Part shown: in pieces, positions 62,541 to 64,000 of the stretch
How the letters are laid out: the number at the start of each line of letters is the position of its first letter
Numbering within the stretch: the first letter of the stretch is position 1
Made by a program: the position numbers and the translations under genes
The notes under the pieces: model-generated
What the model was told of the DNA's origin: nothing
The model's input: only the letters and a program-made list of their open reading frames with translations
Database searches by the model: none
Origin: Mobula hypostoma
Lineage: Eukaryota
Assembly: GCF_963921235.1 (NCBI RefSeq)
Contig: NC_086097.1
Coordinates: forward strand, 57,662,001 to 57,726,000
DNA: 64,000 nucleotides
Reading direction: 5' to 3'

Positions 62541-63731
62541 TTACGACTTTAAAGATTTGTGACAGGCTTGGCTGGGAAAAAGGTAATTGCACTTATAAGG
62601 GGCCCTGCATGATCCCATTGGCTTTGTTATCCAGCGAAATGTCCATTACTGGGATTGTTGCATATAGTCGAAATGAACATTTCGGCAACGGGTACTCGGT
62701 AGAACAACTGGAGTTGTCCCAAATACCACAATTGCTGGGTTTTATTGTAAATTATAACGGAACAGTAAACAGAAAATAAATTTGGAGGGGATGGGGCTTG
62801 GTTGTAGCCTCACTTTGGAAAGGAACCTCTCACAAGCTTTCAACGCGTTCATTATTTAACTTCACTTCATTGTCAAAACTTTCCCGCATTCCATCGATTA
62901 TTACTTTGGATAAGATTGTCAATTGGTGAATCTACTGTACATTTCCCCAGTATCTGGGGTTGGGTGGATGTTATCTCTCTTAATCTTCATGTCAACTTCA
63001 AACCGCTTGAAGTTTGGAAGGAATTGACATCACAGTTTGACATCGAGTTCTCAGCTTCTTTATCGCGAATAGTCTGCTGTGAACATCCTGCCCGGCTGAT
63101 TACCTTCCCTTTCGTATTGCCGATGTGTTTTCTTAAAGAGATGACATGTTATTTATCAAAATTGCTGCAATATCACCTAAAGTCAAACTCGGGCGTCAGT
63201 TGTTGGTTGTAGTCAGGAAGCTGTGATGCACACTTGGCGATTGGGAGAGAAACTGCTCATATTAACATTGATTAGGCCAAATTACAGGATGATCCAACAA
63301 AGGGATTGCAACGCAAAGAAATACTGTGTAGTTTGAACTATAGGGCCCATGGTTACTTATCGTTCAAAAACTAAAATACTGCACGTGCTGGAGACCTGAT
63401 AGGAAACGGAAGAGCTTGAAATACTCGACAGGCCAGTAGGCTGTTTCTGTTCATAGATTGGGAGCTAACTTAGGGAAAGATGTGACAAGTATTAAGATGC
63501 AGAGGAAGCGGTGTGGGGGAGGAAAGAAGAAAAAGTGATGTTTGGGATAGATTGAAGGACAGATAGGAACCTTCTCGCCCATGAGATTTATCTTGTTCAG
63601 TGAAAGCGAACAAGATAAACCGCGTGAGGGAGAAGAGTAGACCTTCTCCTAGAACAGAGGTGCCAATGCTGTTAAGATTATCCAGAAGCACAAGTTCCGC
63701 TATAATGTAAAAAAGATGCCCCATTCTTATT

Positions 63732-64000
63732 TGAAACAAGAGAAAATCTGCAGCTGCTCGAAATCCAAACAACATACACAAAATGCTGGAGGAACTCAGC
63801 AGCCAGGCAGCATCTAATGAAAAGAGTCAACAGTCGACGTTTCGGGCCGAGACCCTTCATCATCCCTATCGTTTCTTTCACCTTCTCTTTGAGTCCCTTT
63901 CTTGCGCCTGCCATGTTTGACCCTTAACATTTCCCATTTCTGATTAAAGGTCATTTCCCTGAAACTTTAATTCCAACCCTCTCTCCACAGATGCTGCCCG
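63732..64000. mobile_element. Penelope-derived fragments
   Basis: CACAAAATGCTGGAGGAACTCAGC...CAGTCGACGTTTCGGGCCGAGACCCTTCATCA (reversed hammerhead with C3 lost) and a degenerate forward copy at the window end. Confidence 0.8.

Noticed and set aside
63104..63176. Minus-strand exon candidate TTTAG|...AAG|GTAATC
   Set aside because: All frames closed. It could be a 5' UTR exon, but two splice-like words are the only evidence.

Overview
Vertebrate nuclear DNA, not prokaryotic: no operons, rRNA/tRNA genes or CRISPR arrays are visible. The repeat spectrum (CR1 LINEs with (TTCTATG)n-like tails, V-type tRNA SINEs, L2/Rex LINEs, Penelope-like elements) suggests a cartilaginous fish, probably a ray; this is inference. 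Roughly two thirds of the window is decayed, often nested, transposable-element DNA: CR1, L2/Rex, RTE, Penelope, solo LTRs, Tc1, Tigger/pogo and a hAT (Buster/Charlie) transposase. Nearly all ORF-track entries are TE fragments or chance ORFs. Three things stand out. (1) The Penelope-derived insertions carry minimal type-I hammerhead ribozyme motifs and form long foldbacks bounded by 9-15 bp target-site duplications. (2) There is an unexplained, diverged inverted repeat at 19.2-19.9 kb in sequence I do not recognise as a repeat. (3) There are candidate minus-strand host exons I cannot name: a phase-compatible pair at 61.1-61.2 kb and 53.0-53.1 kb with a CRE/E-box upstream, and a possible first coding exon in the CpG-rich 32.6-35.7 kb block. 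Repeat boundaries are read by eye and approximate unless a TSD or TIR is quoted.
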